Notes: a model not told the origin generated them from the sequence alone. Shown: positions 13,848-26,716, counted from the first letter of the stretch. The stretch is DNA of 64,000 nt from Eledone cirrhosa (GCA_964016885.1 OZ024745.1:110794001-110858000), one strand, 5' to 3'. Program-made: numbers and translations.

Positions 13848-13995
13848 GAAGGGGAGATTCAACCGTGAACTCAAGCAGTTTCAGTTTATAACCTCTTCAA
13901 GCTTTTTTAGGAGTTATATGCCCACTCTGCATCCCATAGTGCATTGAGTACTACTCTGATTTGTCATCTTCCTGGTCCTCACACTAAAGACACTC
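13848..13995. mobile_element. Penelope-like pLTR relic: inverted hammerhead-like core plus forward tail
   Basis: The minus strand of 13861-13900 reads ttgaaga-ggtt-ata-aact-GAAAC-tgcttgagttcacggtt, homologous to gaaacggcttgagctcagccgtc of copy 2. The plus strand of 13920-13980 (cccactctg...ttgagtact...cctggtcct) resembles the copy 2 tail. Confidence 0.55.
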
Positions 13996-14014
13996 AACAT
14001 ACATATGTATGTAT

Positions 14015-14150
14015 GATGATCAAATTCCATTCACAAAGCATTGATAGACTAGAGGCTATAATAGAAGACATTTGTCCAAGGTGCCACAGAGTGGGACTGA
14101 ACTCTGAACCATGTGCTTATGAAGCAAATTCCTTGATCACACAACCATGG
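14015..14150 (-). mobile_element. tRNA-derived SINE fragment (family D)
   Basis: gaggctataatagaagacatttgtccaaggtgccacagagtgggactgaactctgaaccatgtg...cacacaacca is the reverse of a tRNA-like head plus body. Confidence 0.7.
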
Positions 14151-14294
14151 ATGGTTTATTTTGGTTTTTGTCTTTTTAGATTGTTTGTTTAAATTTAAGA
14201 TTGTATAACTTAAAGTGGTTATGATCTTTGTTCATAAAGTCTATGCTGCTGATGGTATTTGTTCCACAGTTATTGGACATATATTCATTATCAC

Positions 14295-14450
14295 AAGGCA
14301 GTGACTTGTAGAATCAATAGAGTACAGAGCAAGATATATTTTACTATATGTTCTGAATCCTTATCCCACCAGGGTAAACTTTACTCTTTATCTTTCCGAG
14401 GTCAATTAAATAAGTATCAATGAATAAAGGGTATAGATTTGATTGATTTT
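14295..14450 (+). mobile_element. Degenerate family A SINE
   Basis: aaggcagtgacttgtagaatc...atctttccgaggtcaattaaataagtatca. Confidence 0.55.
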
Positions 14451-15133
14451 TTCTCTCTTCCTCCCAACCTCTACACTAACAATTTGTGTGTCTGTGGAGG
14501 TATCTTAGTAATAGTCATAAAAGTTCTTATTATTATTGTAGTTTTTAGGTATTACCACTTTCTCTTTCAAAGTTAAATATCTGAAATATTTGATTTTATT
14601 ATATTTTAAAATAATTTCTTCTTCCTATTTTAGAACTATCTTGGAAAATTCATCATCTTTTACTGTCTTTCATAATGAGAAGTTTCTCATAAAGATATAT
14701 CTTTCATCCATTAAATCTTAAGCTTCATATAATTTCAAATAATTTATATTAAATGCCAATTTATGGGTTCAACTACAATTATTTTGTTGATGATCTATTC
14801 CATTCCACCTTATAAGAAATCTTGAAGTTGTCTTCAATTTTATTTTGCCAAACAAATTATTATTTGTCACAAAATTTTGCAAAAGAAAAAATGTGAAAGC
14901 TTATTCCAAATAAGTGAATGTGTAATTAGTTAGAATGGTGATGCCCGAGTCAATATAAAATGTTCCCTGTGGAGTGGTTGACGTTACAAGGAGCATCTAG
15001 CTGTAGAAACTAACCTCCAAAATGGAGTGTATAAGCCCCAAAAGTCACCTTGACTAGTCTAGCTTTAGTATGTAACAACCCCTTTAATTCATACAAACAT
15101 GGAAAATAGATGTTTAATGTGAATAATAATAAT

Positions 15134-15279
15134 TGTTTCTAGTTTAGGCACAAGGCCAGCAATTACTCTAGTGCATTACTGGTGCTTTATTTTATCGACC
15201 CCCGTAAGGACATAAAGGGCCATAACTCTATCCTGCAAAGCATGGTGTCTCTACCAATACTGCCAAATCCACTGCCCTA
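15134..15279 (-). mobile_element. Family A SINE with internal deletion and 18-bp TSD
   Basis: Reverse-complement homologue of 10713-10898. aatgtgaataataataat occurs at 15116-15133 and 15280-15297. Confidence 0.85.
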
Positions 15280-16622
15280 AATGTGAATAATAATAATAAT
15301 TATTGTAATTATTATAATTACTATTATATAATATATAAATGATTGTTTGCAATGGTGTAGGATATCTATAGTGAATGTGTATATAATATATGGTTTAACT
15401 GAAAGATTTCTGAGTATTTGTAGCATATTTTATCTATCCGTTATATATATACTTATATATTTGCTTTTTCTACTCTCTGTTGGGCTTATACCACATATAT
15501 GCAAATTGTCTCTTAGCCTGTGGATTGTTAAACAATTGCTACAAAAGTTATCCGTCTATTATCTGTACATAATGCAACGCATGATAAATGTGTCATATGA
15601 AGAAGTGCTTGCAGACATTCTTCCACCAACATCGTGATTCTCTTGGGAACCGAATTCAGCTGATGAATTGTGACCTCTTCAGGTGATATTTTCATGGGAA
15701 TGATACATGACAAAATGTTCTCCGTTTCTAAGGGCTTTTAACAATAAAAATGTTATTTTAAGAAAAGAAAATCACTTTCAGCCAATTTTTGGATTGCATG
15801 ATCGTTTCAAGCAAACTTATGATTTTCTTTGTGCAATAACAAAATATCAATAAAAAGATAAATTTAGCTTTTAAATACATGAATGACTTCACTCACTCTC
15901 TTCCTTCCTCTTCAACATTTGGACAAATATTAGAAGCTTTAAAACCATTTTATAGTCGAATGACTTTTTATGTTTGTCAAATTACCTAATTTCTGATATT
16001 TAGTTTTCTTAAATTGATAAAATCTATAAAATTATGAGCAGTTTAATATTTTATAGTGATTTAATATGATAGTTTTGATTCTTTAATTCATTTTTTTTTT
16101 TTGTTCGTATCCAAATGAGTAAAACGAAGATAAATAAATAATAAAAGTAAAAATCACAGTCAATAAATGAAAACTTGAAAATAACATAAAATACACATAT
16201 CAAAATTATTGAAGATTTATTTCAGTATCTTTTCCTCAGAGAAAAGATACTGATTGTTAGTTACTGAACACTGTAAAGTCAGCATTTAAATAGAAACTTA
16301 CTATTTGTTGTGACTCTGTTGTAAGTTGAAATAATTGTCATACTCCTCCATCTTCATGTCACAGAAGTTAATCAACAAGGGACTCGGCCTGCTCCTCCTC
16401 ATCATCATCACCATCACGTTTTGCTGCAGATCTCAAAACTGATGCTGTAGATACACTTGCAAAATCTATATTTTCCAGATGCCCCTACACTTTATCACTA
16501 CATCTCCTAGACACTTTATAGTAGAATGTTATTGTTGTTTATCAAATGTTATCTTACATCCAGATCTTTTGATGTAAATCATCCCAGCCATACCCATCAC
16601 ATCTTATTTTTTTAACATAGTT

Positions 16623-16764
16623 TATGTGTCTAGGACTAGATTACCCAATGTCCTTATGTATGTATCTAGGACTAGATTATCTAACGTGTCCTTATGTATC
16701 TAAGACTAAATTATCTAATGTGTCCTTATGTATCTAGGACTAGATTATCTAATGTGCCCTTATG
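16623..16764. repeat. About 34-bp minisatellite, 4 copies
   Basis: Unit tatgtatctaggactagattatctaatgtgtcct with variants. Confidence 0.9.
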
Positions 16765-18261
16765 ACTTTCTCTTTCCTTTCATATTGCTGGTATTGTGCC
16801 AAATGTAGAAACAATTATTATTTGGTCCATTAAATCTCAAATCCATTGAATTGGGGTTCATTAAACTGGATGTTTACGTTACTGCAAATTAAAAACATCT
16901 CACATGAGCTTTGTTACAAACTGTTTTACTACTTTCTCTAGTTTTCTTTCTCTTCTTTCTTGACTTTGTGGTAGATAACCAATGCTTCTCTCATAACATT
17001 TTTTAATGATCATATCTTCATTCTGTGGTTTGTTCACATTGTATTCTGCTACAGTTATTTCCTAAAAGGAAAGTCTCAAAAAGTTAGATGAATGTAATTA
17101 ATAAATATTTTGCATATGGTTTAGAGTTTCATTAGGCCATGTATTAAGAACATTTTTATATGTACATCTAACTCTGTATTTCTGATTTAGAGTTGATTAT
17201 TTCTTTACTTTCTTCATTATTGTGTGAAAGCAATAACTTAGTGTGTTGGTGTATATAAATACATTTTGTTTGCATTCAGAGTCTATAAGTATATCTTGTT
17301 TACATTTAAAAGCATAAGTTTTTTTCATTTTATGTAAATTTAAAATGCTCTTTCTGTTTCAATTTATTAAGCAATAACAATAAAAATGAGTCAGAAAGAA
17401 CAGACATGCATATGCTCTCAATTGTATGCTAGAGCATGGAAATGCTAGTGTATCCACTAAAGATATTTGAGGTAACTTTAAACACTCATGGCATTGGCAC
17501 AGGTGATAGTGTGGCTGAGGCATTGGAACTGCCATGCAACCTGACAAGCACCACCTGATACTCCTCTGAGATGTAGTTGGAGAATAAATCAGAATGTTTA
17601 ATGTACTTTTAATCATAATATTTCATTTTCTTATCAACCAAAATGGTTTGTATAATTTTATATGATTTGCTTTCAAAATGAAACAGCTTGCCCTGTTTTT
17701 TATATCTCAATTATTGTTTACATTATGTGGTTGGTTGGCCTTACATGCACACTCAAAATTTCGAAAGGGAGGGAGAGATGCTGTGCCTATTTGGTTGTTA
17801 ATAGCAAAGCAATGAGAAATGTGACTTGTAAGATCAGATCAATCTGATTCTGTAATCTTAATTAGCATGAGGAGATAGAAAAGGATATTAATATTTGTTT
17901 TTCAAAAGCTAGAGATACATGTTATATTTTATCAATATCTCAGCTTTGGTTTTAATATAGAAATCAATATAATGCATTATTTCATGCTTGAATTTTGAGC
18001 TATTTAATATGTATTTTGGATAGAAGAAATCCATGCCTTTATTTGGAAAATTAAAATAAATTTGAACAATTGAGGCTTTAGTAGAATTTTTAGAGCACCA
18101 AACAAATTAATTTGGAGTAGTTCTGGATCTTTATGACTGAATTTTTGGATTGATAAAATACAAAACCAGTCAAGTATTGGGGCTGATATAATCGACTCCT
18201 ACCCCCACTGTTGGGCTTCTGTATAAATTAGAAACCATTATCATCATCATCACTATTATTA

Positions 18262-18297
<36 letters not shown>

Positions 18298-18488
18298 GGT
18301 TTCTCATTTATGTATTGATTACTCTGTTCTATTTCTTGCCTCTTTTTAGCCACCAGACTAATTTTGTCCTGCCTTTTTATTTATTAAAGTAGTACCTTCA
18401 GTGTTTCTGTATTAAAAAATTAAAATTTTAGTGAAATAAAAAAGCAATATATATATGCATATAAAGTTTCACAAAAAGCTGCAATTCT

Positions 18489-18491
<3 letters not shown>

Positions 18492-18558
<67 letters not shown>
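18492..18558. repeat. (TC)n(TA)n microsatellite
   Basis: Directly visible. Confidence 0.97.
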
Positions 18559-18565
<7 letters not shown>

Positions 18566-19900
18566 CTCTGTTTATTTCTTTTTTATAGTTCATACTAAAA
18601 TTGAAGCTGCTCTTTCATTCTTTTAATTTGTGTTTTAGTTTTTGCCTTAGTCTTTTATGGCATTCATTCACTTCTAAATATATACAAATATCTATTATAT
18701 TTTATTTTATTGATATAAAAAGGATACATTGATTATACAGCCTTTATTATATATTGTCAAAGAATTTACTGTGTCCAATAGATTTATAATGGTCAGTAAA
18801 TTTGTTTAGCAAGCTAATGTGGAAAATGTGATATAGTGATTTTTGGCAGTGAAAATATCAATCAACAACAAAAATAGCTTCCATTTGTTTGTTCAAAGAA
18901 AACAAAATAAAATAATACATTCTTTATGTGTTCTAATTTTTACACTTGCTAAATAAATGTGTTCGGGAAAAAAAAAAAAAAAAAAGAATATATTATATAT
19001 ATATATATGAGTCATTTTTTTTTTTTTTTTCAGAATTTTTTCTTGCTGTAGATATAAAAATTATATTATTATTTCATGGAGTATAGATGATGGACCTAAT
19101 TTTCATCTAAAAATATCATGAAATAGATTCCCCCACCCCTTTTCCTCTCCTCTGCAACCACCAGAAAATAAAGCATTACTTCTCCACCCTCTACCTTATA
19201 AATTGATAGCTCTGATTGGTTGTTCACAGTAACATCTCTCGACAGCAGCTTGACAGGATGCCATCGTAATCCCGTTATGGCTGCTGGTAATGTTTGCAAA
19301 ATACCCCTTTATTTCCTATAATTAAATTTCCAATCAGTCCTCATATTTGTGTTGCCTCTTACCACCAAGCTCTCTCATCAATAATAGCTAGTCAACTGAT
19401 TGTCCTTTCATTTCCTGAGCTCTTAGGAATGCTAAATTGGAGAATTGAGAATACAGTCTATGAAAAACCTGGCGAGAATATACAGATTATGAATTTGCTA
19501 ATTCATGTCCTAACATCATAGTTTCAACAATATTTGTCATTAAGTAGAGAATCAGTGAGACTTGTTCTTGTTTATGTGTGTGTGTTGATAAGACAGTTTG
19601 TAGAGAAAGAAGTTAAAATGAAATAAAAATAAAAATTTCATATAGTAAAGACTAGATACAGTTGAAATTACTTTTGGATAATGTTTTAAAATACTTTATC
19701 ATCTATATTTTAGATGTATTCTTAATCCTAGTGTTATCCAAATATTAAAGATAGTCATCAAAACTCGTTATCTACACATTTAGTAATTACAATGTTAAAA
19801 AATCTATATATATTGTGGCAGCATTTGAGAAATATATATGGTTAAATCAACTTTCCAGTTATTTGTATATATTAATTCATAACATAAACAGTTTTTGGTT

Positions 19901-19943
<43 letters not shown>

Positions 19944-20428
19944 GATACAGTATCAATATAAACATGTATACTCCCCCCATATATGTATATATATATAGTA
20001 TAGTTAATATGAATATATATATATATATATATGTTTTATATATATACATACATACAGGCACCCATATTGTATTTTGATGACATTTTCTTGTCATTTAATT
20101 ATCTATATGTGTTTATTAAACAGCTATGCTTTTAACAAATTTTATATTCAGACTACTTATAAATAGTTACATGTTTCGAGATAAGTGGATCTCCGCCTAA
20201 TTATTGTTGAGTACCATAATGAGCATAATTCAACTAGACAGAAGAAAACTATAAAGAGTTGTTTATTCTCTGCTAAGTAAATTTTTCTTGTATTCATTTT
20301 AAAATACAATTGATGAGCATATGTTTTTGTTTATAAAAATGTATTTTTTAGCTTACCATTATTGGAATATGTATGTCATCTTGAATTATGACAATATCAT
20401 ATTTGCGCTGGTTTCAGAAGGTCCCATC

Positions 20429-20541
20429 GTGTGTATGTGTCTGTGTGTGTGTATGTATGTATGTGTGTGTATATGTGTGTGTGTGTGTCTGTGTATGTAT
20501 GTGTGTGTATATATGTGTGTGTGTGTGTCTGTGTATGTATG

Positions 20542-20574
<33 letters not shown>

Positions 20575-20684
20575 ATATGTATGTGTGTATATATATATAT
20601 TATGTATATATATATGTGTGTGTGTGTGTCTATGTATGTATGTGTATATATATATATATATATATGTGTGTGTATATATGTATG

Positions 20685-20719
<35 letters not shown>

Positions 20720-20775
20720 GTATGTGTGTATATATATATATATATATATTACGTATATATATAATGTGTGTGTGA
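20429..20775. repeat. Complex (TG/TA)n microsatellite
   Basis: Directly visible. Source of spurious CVYI-rich ORFs. Confidence 0.97.
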
Positions 20776-21322
20776 TCATTTATCAGTGATTGAAAACTAA
20801 ATCAAATAGAATATAAGGAGTAGTAATGTAAATATGCTTGTACCCCTTCCCATATTCATGTCTTTATACATGTATGTAAATATCTGTTTGTGTTAATGTT
20901 GGTTAATGTATGTATAAAAATATATGTATTGCTTTAGTGTTTCAATGTAATTTTTCCATTGTATCACACTCATTTTATCTGTTATATAAATCTCAGTTCT
21001 GATTTAACTACTACTTCTTAAGTCATGCATGTTACTAATTCTATTTACATTTTCATCATTCCTCTGCTTACATCACCTAAATAGATATTATATATACCCA
21101 GCCAATGTCTTTGATGTAGAAAACTTTCTGGACTCACAGCTCTGTCATATTTATAATTGACATGGCACACCTGATAACTAACTTTTTACTGAGTCAATGT
21201 GGGCTCTTCTATGCAGTCACTCAACCTACCAGAGTAATCTATGCCAACTCTCTCTCAAATTACATCTTACTGTTTTAAAAAAGGACATTAGAAAATACCA
21301 AAGAAAAAACTATTATATATAT

Positions 21323-21375
<53 letters not shown>

Positions 21376-21685
21376 AAAGACAGGATAGTCATTACCGAAT
21401 GCCTTTGATCATAAATCTGCTTAATACGTGCCGACATTGGGTTAAACAGCAACAGCAACATTTCATTGAGCACATTGCCAAACCTGATCCTATTTATTAC
21501 ATCCACATGGTGTAAACAATTCTCACAGTTCTCTAAAAAGTTTCTTGAATATTTAATGTTTCAATGTTCATTAAAATACAAATATTCTACCAAAATCTTT
21601 CTCTAAGTCATCAAACACAAAATAGAGTGATTGCAGTTGTCTCTCACCATATAACAAAATAAGTATTGGTCATCACCATTATAGT

Positions 21686-22089
21686 TTAACTCTTTTGTTA
21701 TATTTCTAATGAAAGACATTGCCTGTGATTTTCAAAGAATTTGGCAGGATTTAGAAATATAACCTACTTTCTTATTATTTACTGGTGTTTAGAGCCGATC
21801 CCTTAATCCTTTAGCATTTAAACTGGCCGTATCTGACCAGAATTCTCTCACCTCTTTCTGTTTAAAATAAATTATATCAAAATTACATAGATTTGATACC
21901 ATGTGAGCCTTTACCACGAAAATACAATAGTAAATATAGATTAGTACAAATCCTAAAGGGTTAACAAAAGTTCTTCCATTAAATTATTATGCTGTAAGGT
22001 TTTTTTTAGATAAATATAAACAGTATTTTTTTTTTAAATATAACGTTTTGGAAGGACAGCTTCAGTTGATTTGTTATCAAAAGGGTTAA
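21686..22089 (+). mobile_element. MITE family A containing a nested MITE family B (21803-21964)
   Basis: Outer TTAActctttt...aaaagggTTAA. Inner TTAAtcctttagcattta...cctaaagggTTAA is homologous to 2502-2718. Confidence 0.8.
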
Positions 22090-22469
22090 TATATCAAATT
22101 CATTATCTGATCTATCAGATAATGATGGACTGATTATAAGATAATACTTATTGTACAGCAAACATTTCTTTAGGTTATATAGCTTTTATCACGCATATGA
22201 AAACATTTAAAACTTGCTCTAATTCTTTTAATAATGAATAATCATAATCCTCATAATTGTGTATCTTGCTTTCTTCACCGATATATCTCATTGAACATTT
22301 TGTTTATGTAATAATGTTATACCCAACTGATTCACTAAATCAGATATTAAATTTCAATTTTCTCTACTATTATAGAAAATCACTGAATATTATTAATTGT
22401 AGCTTTCCCCCTTTACCCCTCAGCTGACTAGCAAACTGAACTACTTTAGAAAGAAAAGGAATATTTAAA

Positions 22470-23115
22470 AATATATATATATGTATATGTGTGTGTGTGT
22501 ATATATATGTATATATATATCTATATGTGTGTGTGTGTATATATGTATATATATATCTATGTGTGTGTGTGTGTGCGTATGTATATATATGTGTGTGTGT
22601 GTGTATGTATGTATATATGTGTGTGTGTATATGTATGTATAAAGTGTGTGTGTATATGTATATATAAAGTGTGTGTATGTATATATATATGTGTGTATGT
22701 ATGTATATGCATGTATATGTATATATATATGTGTGTATATGTATGTATATGTATATATATGTGTGTATATGTATATATATGTGTATATGTATGTATATAT
22801 ATATGTGTATATGTATGTATATATATATGTGTATATGTATGTATATATATATATATGTGTATATGTATGTATATATATATATGTGTATATGTATGTATAT
22901 GTATATGTGTGTATATGTATGTATATGTATATATATGTGTATATGTATGTATATGTATATATATGTGTATATGTATGTATATGTATATATATGTGTATAT
23001 GTATGTATATGTATATATATGTGTATATGTATGTATATGTATATATATGTGTATATGTATGTATATGTAAATATATGTATGTATATGTATGTATATGTAT
23101 ATATATATGTGTGTG

Positions 23116-23154
<39 letters not shown>

Positions 23155-23195
23155 ATATATGTATGTATATATACATACATATATATGTATGTATA
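22470..23195. repeat. About 700-bp complex (TA/TG)n array with higher-order units (about tatatatgtgtatatgtatgtatatg)
   Basis: Directly visible. Confidence 0.97.
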
Positions 23196-24397
23196 TTTAT
23201 CTTTTGTATATTTTTTACCTATTTTAATTTTATGATCATATACACACACACATGCCAGTGTTTATAATAATCTTTCTTTTTTTGTCTAATTCTCAAATAA
23301 TTTTCTTTTGTTGTTGTTTTTGGGGGATGGGTTGAGATGGAGGTGGTGGTAATTTTTCTTAATTTTAATTTAGTTTGCATCATTTCTAACTGCGTTTCTT
23401 TTCATCTTGCTTCTGCATACACCTGCTAGTCATTACTTCATATCCATGCTCTAGTTTAGCTTAGGTACACAATTCCTTCTCGTCCTCAACTGTTGTTAAG
23501 TCTCAGAATTTAAGACATCTGCTTCAGATAGAAAGGTAGTAGTAGATCTGAGTTAGTATCTCTTTAAATCAAATATAATAAACATTTTAAAGAAGTGGTG
23601 GGGGGGGGGGGGTGAAAGTAAAGAGTGATTATTATAAAAATGGATAACATATATGTTTTTAAAGTTGAAAGATGTAAATTCTTTTGGAAACTTGCCATAA
23701 ATTTGACATATACTGTATTGTGTGGATGGTGATGATGATGATAATACATTTTTTTCTATTTTTACTTTAATGATTTATTTATTTCATTATATGCTTATGG
23801 CTTTCATACAAAATAAGAATTTGATGAAATGTATTTGTAATTACTGCCAATTATTTAGAGTTAATTCAGTTAGTCATTTATTCTTCTGCTTTTGATTAAT
23901 TATATTTATTATCATGTATTACTTCTGAACTTTTAAAATTAAAAATATATATGTATATACTCATTCTTATTATTCTCATTAACCTGTTCCTGTGCATTCT
24001 GCTCAACTTTGTCATGCTTTTTTTTTTCTAACTTTTTCCTTATGCTTATCACAATTCTACTGTACCTGTAGTCTTTCTTCATCACTTTCTTTTATCCCTC
24101 TACTTGCAATAAACCATTTTGCTAGTAACTTTACTTCCTGACTAAATGCTTAACTGAATGATCTTTTAGCCTCCTTTTGGTGTCCTGTCCAGTGGGGAGT
24201 TTTGTACTCTCAGTTGCTTAATGCCACAGAAATCTGATGAGCCGCTGGACCGTGACAGACTTTAGACATTTTAGATGAAGTTTAATTTTAGCTCAATGAA
24301 ATAGATGTATAAATAGGAGGGAGAGAATCAGAATGGTTATTTGGCAATTTAGAGAGGAAATAGCTGTTGTTTGTTTTGTCATAACGATATGTTCCTA

Positions 24398-24477
24398 ATT
24401 TGATATCTTAACCCTTAAAACTGCATTTTAAAAGAGATTTGATATCTTAACCCTTAAAACTGCATTTTAAAAGAGAT
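24398..24477. repeat. Perfect 39-bp tandem duplication
   Basis: atttgatatcttaacccttaaaactgcattttaaaagag twice (24398-24436, 24437-24475). Confidence 0.95.
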
Positions 24478-25501
24478 GTTCTCACTTGTCTGTTGTTATA
24501 ACAGTTGAATTGGGAATTGGTTGTGATCAACACAGGAATTCAAATACAAAAAAAAAATGTTTCTTCAAATGCAGAGTATATTCTTTTAAACTGGGAAATA
24601 TTTAACTATCAACATTCTATTCAGATACAGATAACTAAATCACAGGAAGTTTTACTAAGTTTATTTCATCAGAAAATATATTTATATATTTGTATAACAT
24701 ACCTTTTAGATGAATAGAGAGTTGTTTCAGTTGCTTATCTATAACAATTACAACATTCAGAAAATATGGTATTTGGATCTATGGCAAGATTTCACTTCCT
24801 TGCCAAAATATTTTCAAATGTCTAACTGATTGTTTTTTAATTTGATTGCTCTATTTCGATATATGAAACAGCAAAATTTCAACCAAATATTGTTTCCTAA
24901 ATATCCCCTGTTCTCATCCCATCTTTTATTTATTTACTAGGAGAGAGGTTTCTGTGTGAAAATTATGTTAATGGTTCATTCATTTATTTATTTGCTGCCT
25001 AGCACAAATAGCTACAATTAACTGTAAAACAATAGAGCTTCAACACAAACATGAGCTATAAAAGCAGACACCAAAAAATAGCTAATGGAGACTATGATAT
25101 CTGATTATGTCAACCACCATATAGATGGCAGTTTATGTGCCAACAAAGTTGCTTTTTTTGCCAGGTTTTATCACAGCTCAAATTTCATAGACACTTCTAT
25201 CTATTTTCACCAATAGGTAACTCTGCATATATAATGTATATAGCCATTATTATGTTAGCATATTTAAAAGTTATATCCTCCAACTGCCTTTTTATATATA
25301 TATATATATATAAATTTGATCATTCAAAATATATCTCATTGTGACAACAGTTGTAGTAGTGGTGGTGTTATGTTAATTTAAAAGAAAATATTTTGTGTGT
25401 ACATGTGTAATGAGTTAAAAGAAAATCATATGCAATGCTTTTTGTCAATACACATTATTTAACATATTAACTACTATAAATTTCATTTCTATCTGTTGCA
25501 G

Positions 25502-25604
25502 GCTATACGTTGCACACTGCCAAATTGTATGTGTGAATGTTTTGCCCCTGGAAAGTTGCACCTTAGATCATGTGACACATGTAAGCATGGATGGGTCGCT
25601 CATG
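25502..25604 (+). CDS. BNC2: Internal coding exon of a basonuclin (BNC2-like) zinc-finger transcription factor gene, N-terminal Cys/His-rich domain
   Basis: Acceptor tttcatttctatctgttgcag| and donor |gtaaga flank 103 nt (phase 0 to phase 1). They translate without stops to [34 protein letters not shown]. This closely matches the vertebrate basonuclin-2 segment as I recall it ([34 protein letters not shown]). Invertebrates are expected to have a single BNC1/2 co-orthologue, so the symbol is approximate. Confidence 0.93.
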
Positions 25605-26716
25605 GTAAGAAAAATATCTAATCATTCTTTTTTATATGAAAAATAATATTCTTGAAAAAAAAAAATAGTAATAAAAACTTTTCTAAATGTTTCTAACTAC
25701 TCTTAAACATAGCTTTCTTTTTCTTTCTTTGACTTTTGGACTTTTCATCTGCTACTTTTTAAGTTATATGTTTCAAATATTATTTGGTTTAATAGAATTT
25801 ATTTTAATCAGATTTCAAATATAGAAAGAAAATAGTCCTAATCAAAGTAGATATTATGATTTGCTTACATAGTTCATTCAAAGACATGATTATTGATTTT
25901 AAAATTTCAATTAAACAAAAGCCACCTGTTCACAAATGCTTCTTATTGGCTCCTTTGAGATTATCAAACTTGCCTATGTGATCAAATATGAATGAATCAG
26001 TTGTCAAAGGCCTTTACTACAAGTCATTTACTAGAAGATGTTTGGGTGATAATACCAGCTAGTTTAGTGCAATACTATACAAAATATTGAAAAATATTAG
26101 ATGTCCAACATCTAGGACCTTATCAGATGTTGAGTTGCTGGACAGTGACATTGATCGATAAATCTCCTTTCATTTGCAGCTGTCTCGTCCCTCTTTTCTC
26201 TTTCTTTCTAAACAACAAACCAAGAATTGATTGCTGAATGCCTATGATACTTTCTCTATTTCTACTACACCAACAAGCTACACTATAAAACATTTTACAA
26301 CTGCCATCAGTCTGATATTTTCCAAGATGCTATTGGCTTCTAGTTTAAACATTGGATATATATATATATATCTTTCAATTGTGACAGACACAAATTTAAA
26401 AACAATCTAATAATCACTAATCTTTACTTAAACTTATTTCTCTTTCGTTTCATTTTACACATTTAGCTCATGTGCATTATAACAAATGAGCTTTTATTAT
26501 TTCAGAGGTTGTATTTGCAAATCAACTATTCCAGTTGAAATTAGATATAAAGAATGCAGTTCTTTTATTCAGTCATAATCAATTCCTGATGAAGAACAAA
26601 TTGAAGTCATTTTGCTTTACACATCTCACTATCAAATTCTTGTTTTTCTCCTCTAAAAATGGCAGGCATTAGTTTTTCAGTTCAGTTCTGGTTAATAGGA
26701 CTCTCTGTTTTTCTGT

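Noticed and set aside
16623-16764. Regularly spaced repeats as a CRISPR-like array
   Set aside because: Head-to-tail units without unique spacers in eukaryotic DNA, so an ordinary minisatellite.
19230-19286. Possible exon cag|...ATGGCTGCTG|gtaatg
   Set aside because: The ATG frame ends in phase 1, incompatible with the phase-0 basonuclin exon, and the polypyrimidine tract is weak.
20321-23267. Long ORFs of 114-268 aa rich in Y/I/C/V/H/T
   Set aside because: These are translations of (TA/TG)n microsatellites. The same applies to ORFs at 19804-20094, 44250-44684, 52559-54750 and 59279-59799.
24175-24265. CTGATGAG suggesting a hammerhead core
   Set aside because: There is no downstream GAAA or stems. 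The context (tgtcctgtccagtgggg...gccacagaaat...gacagactt) looks like a SINE 3' segment.
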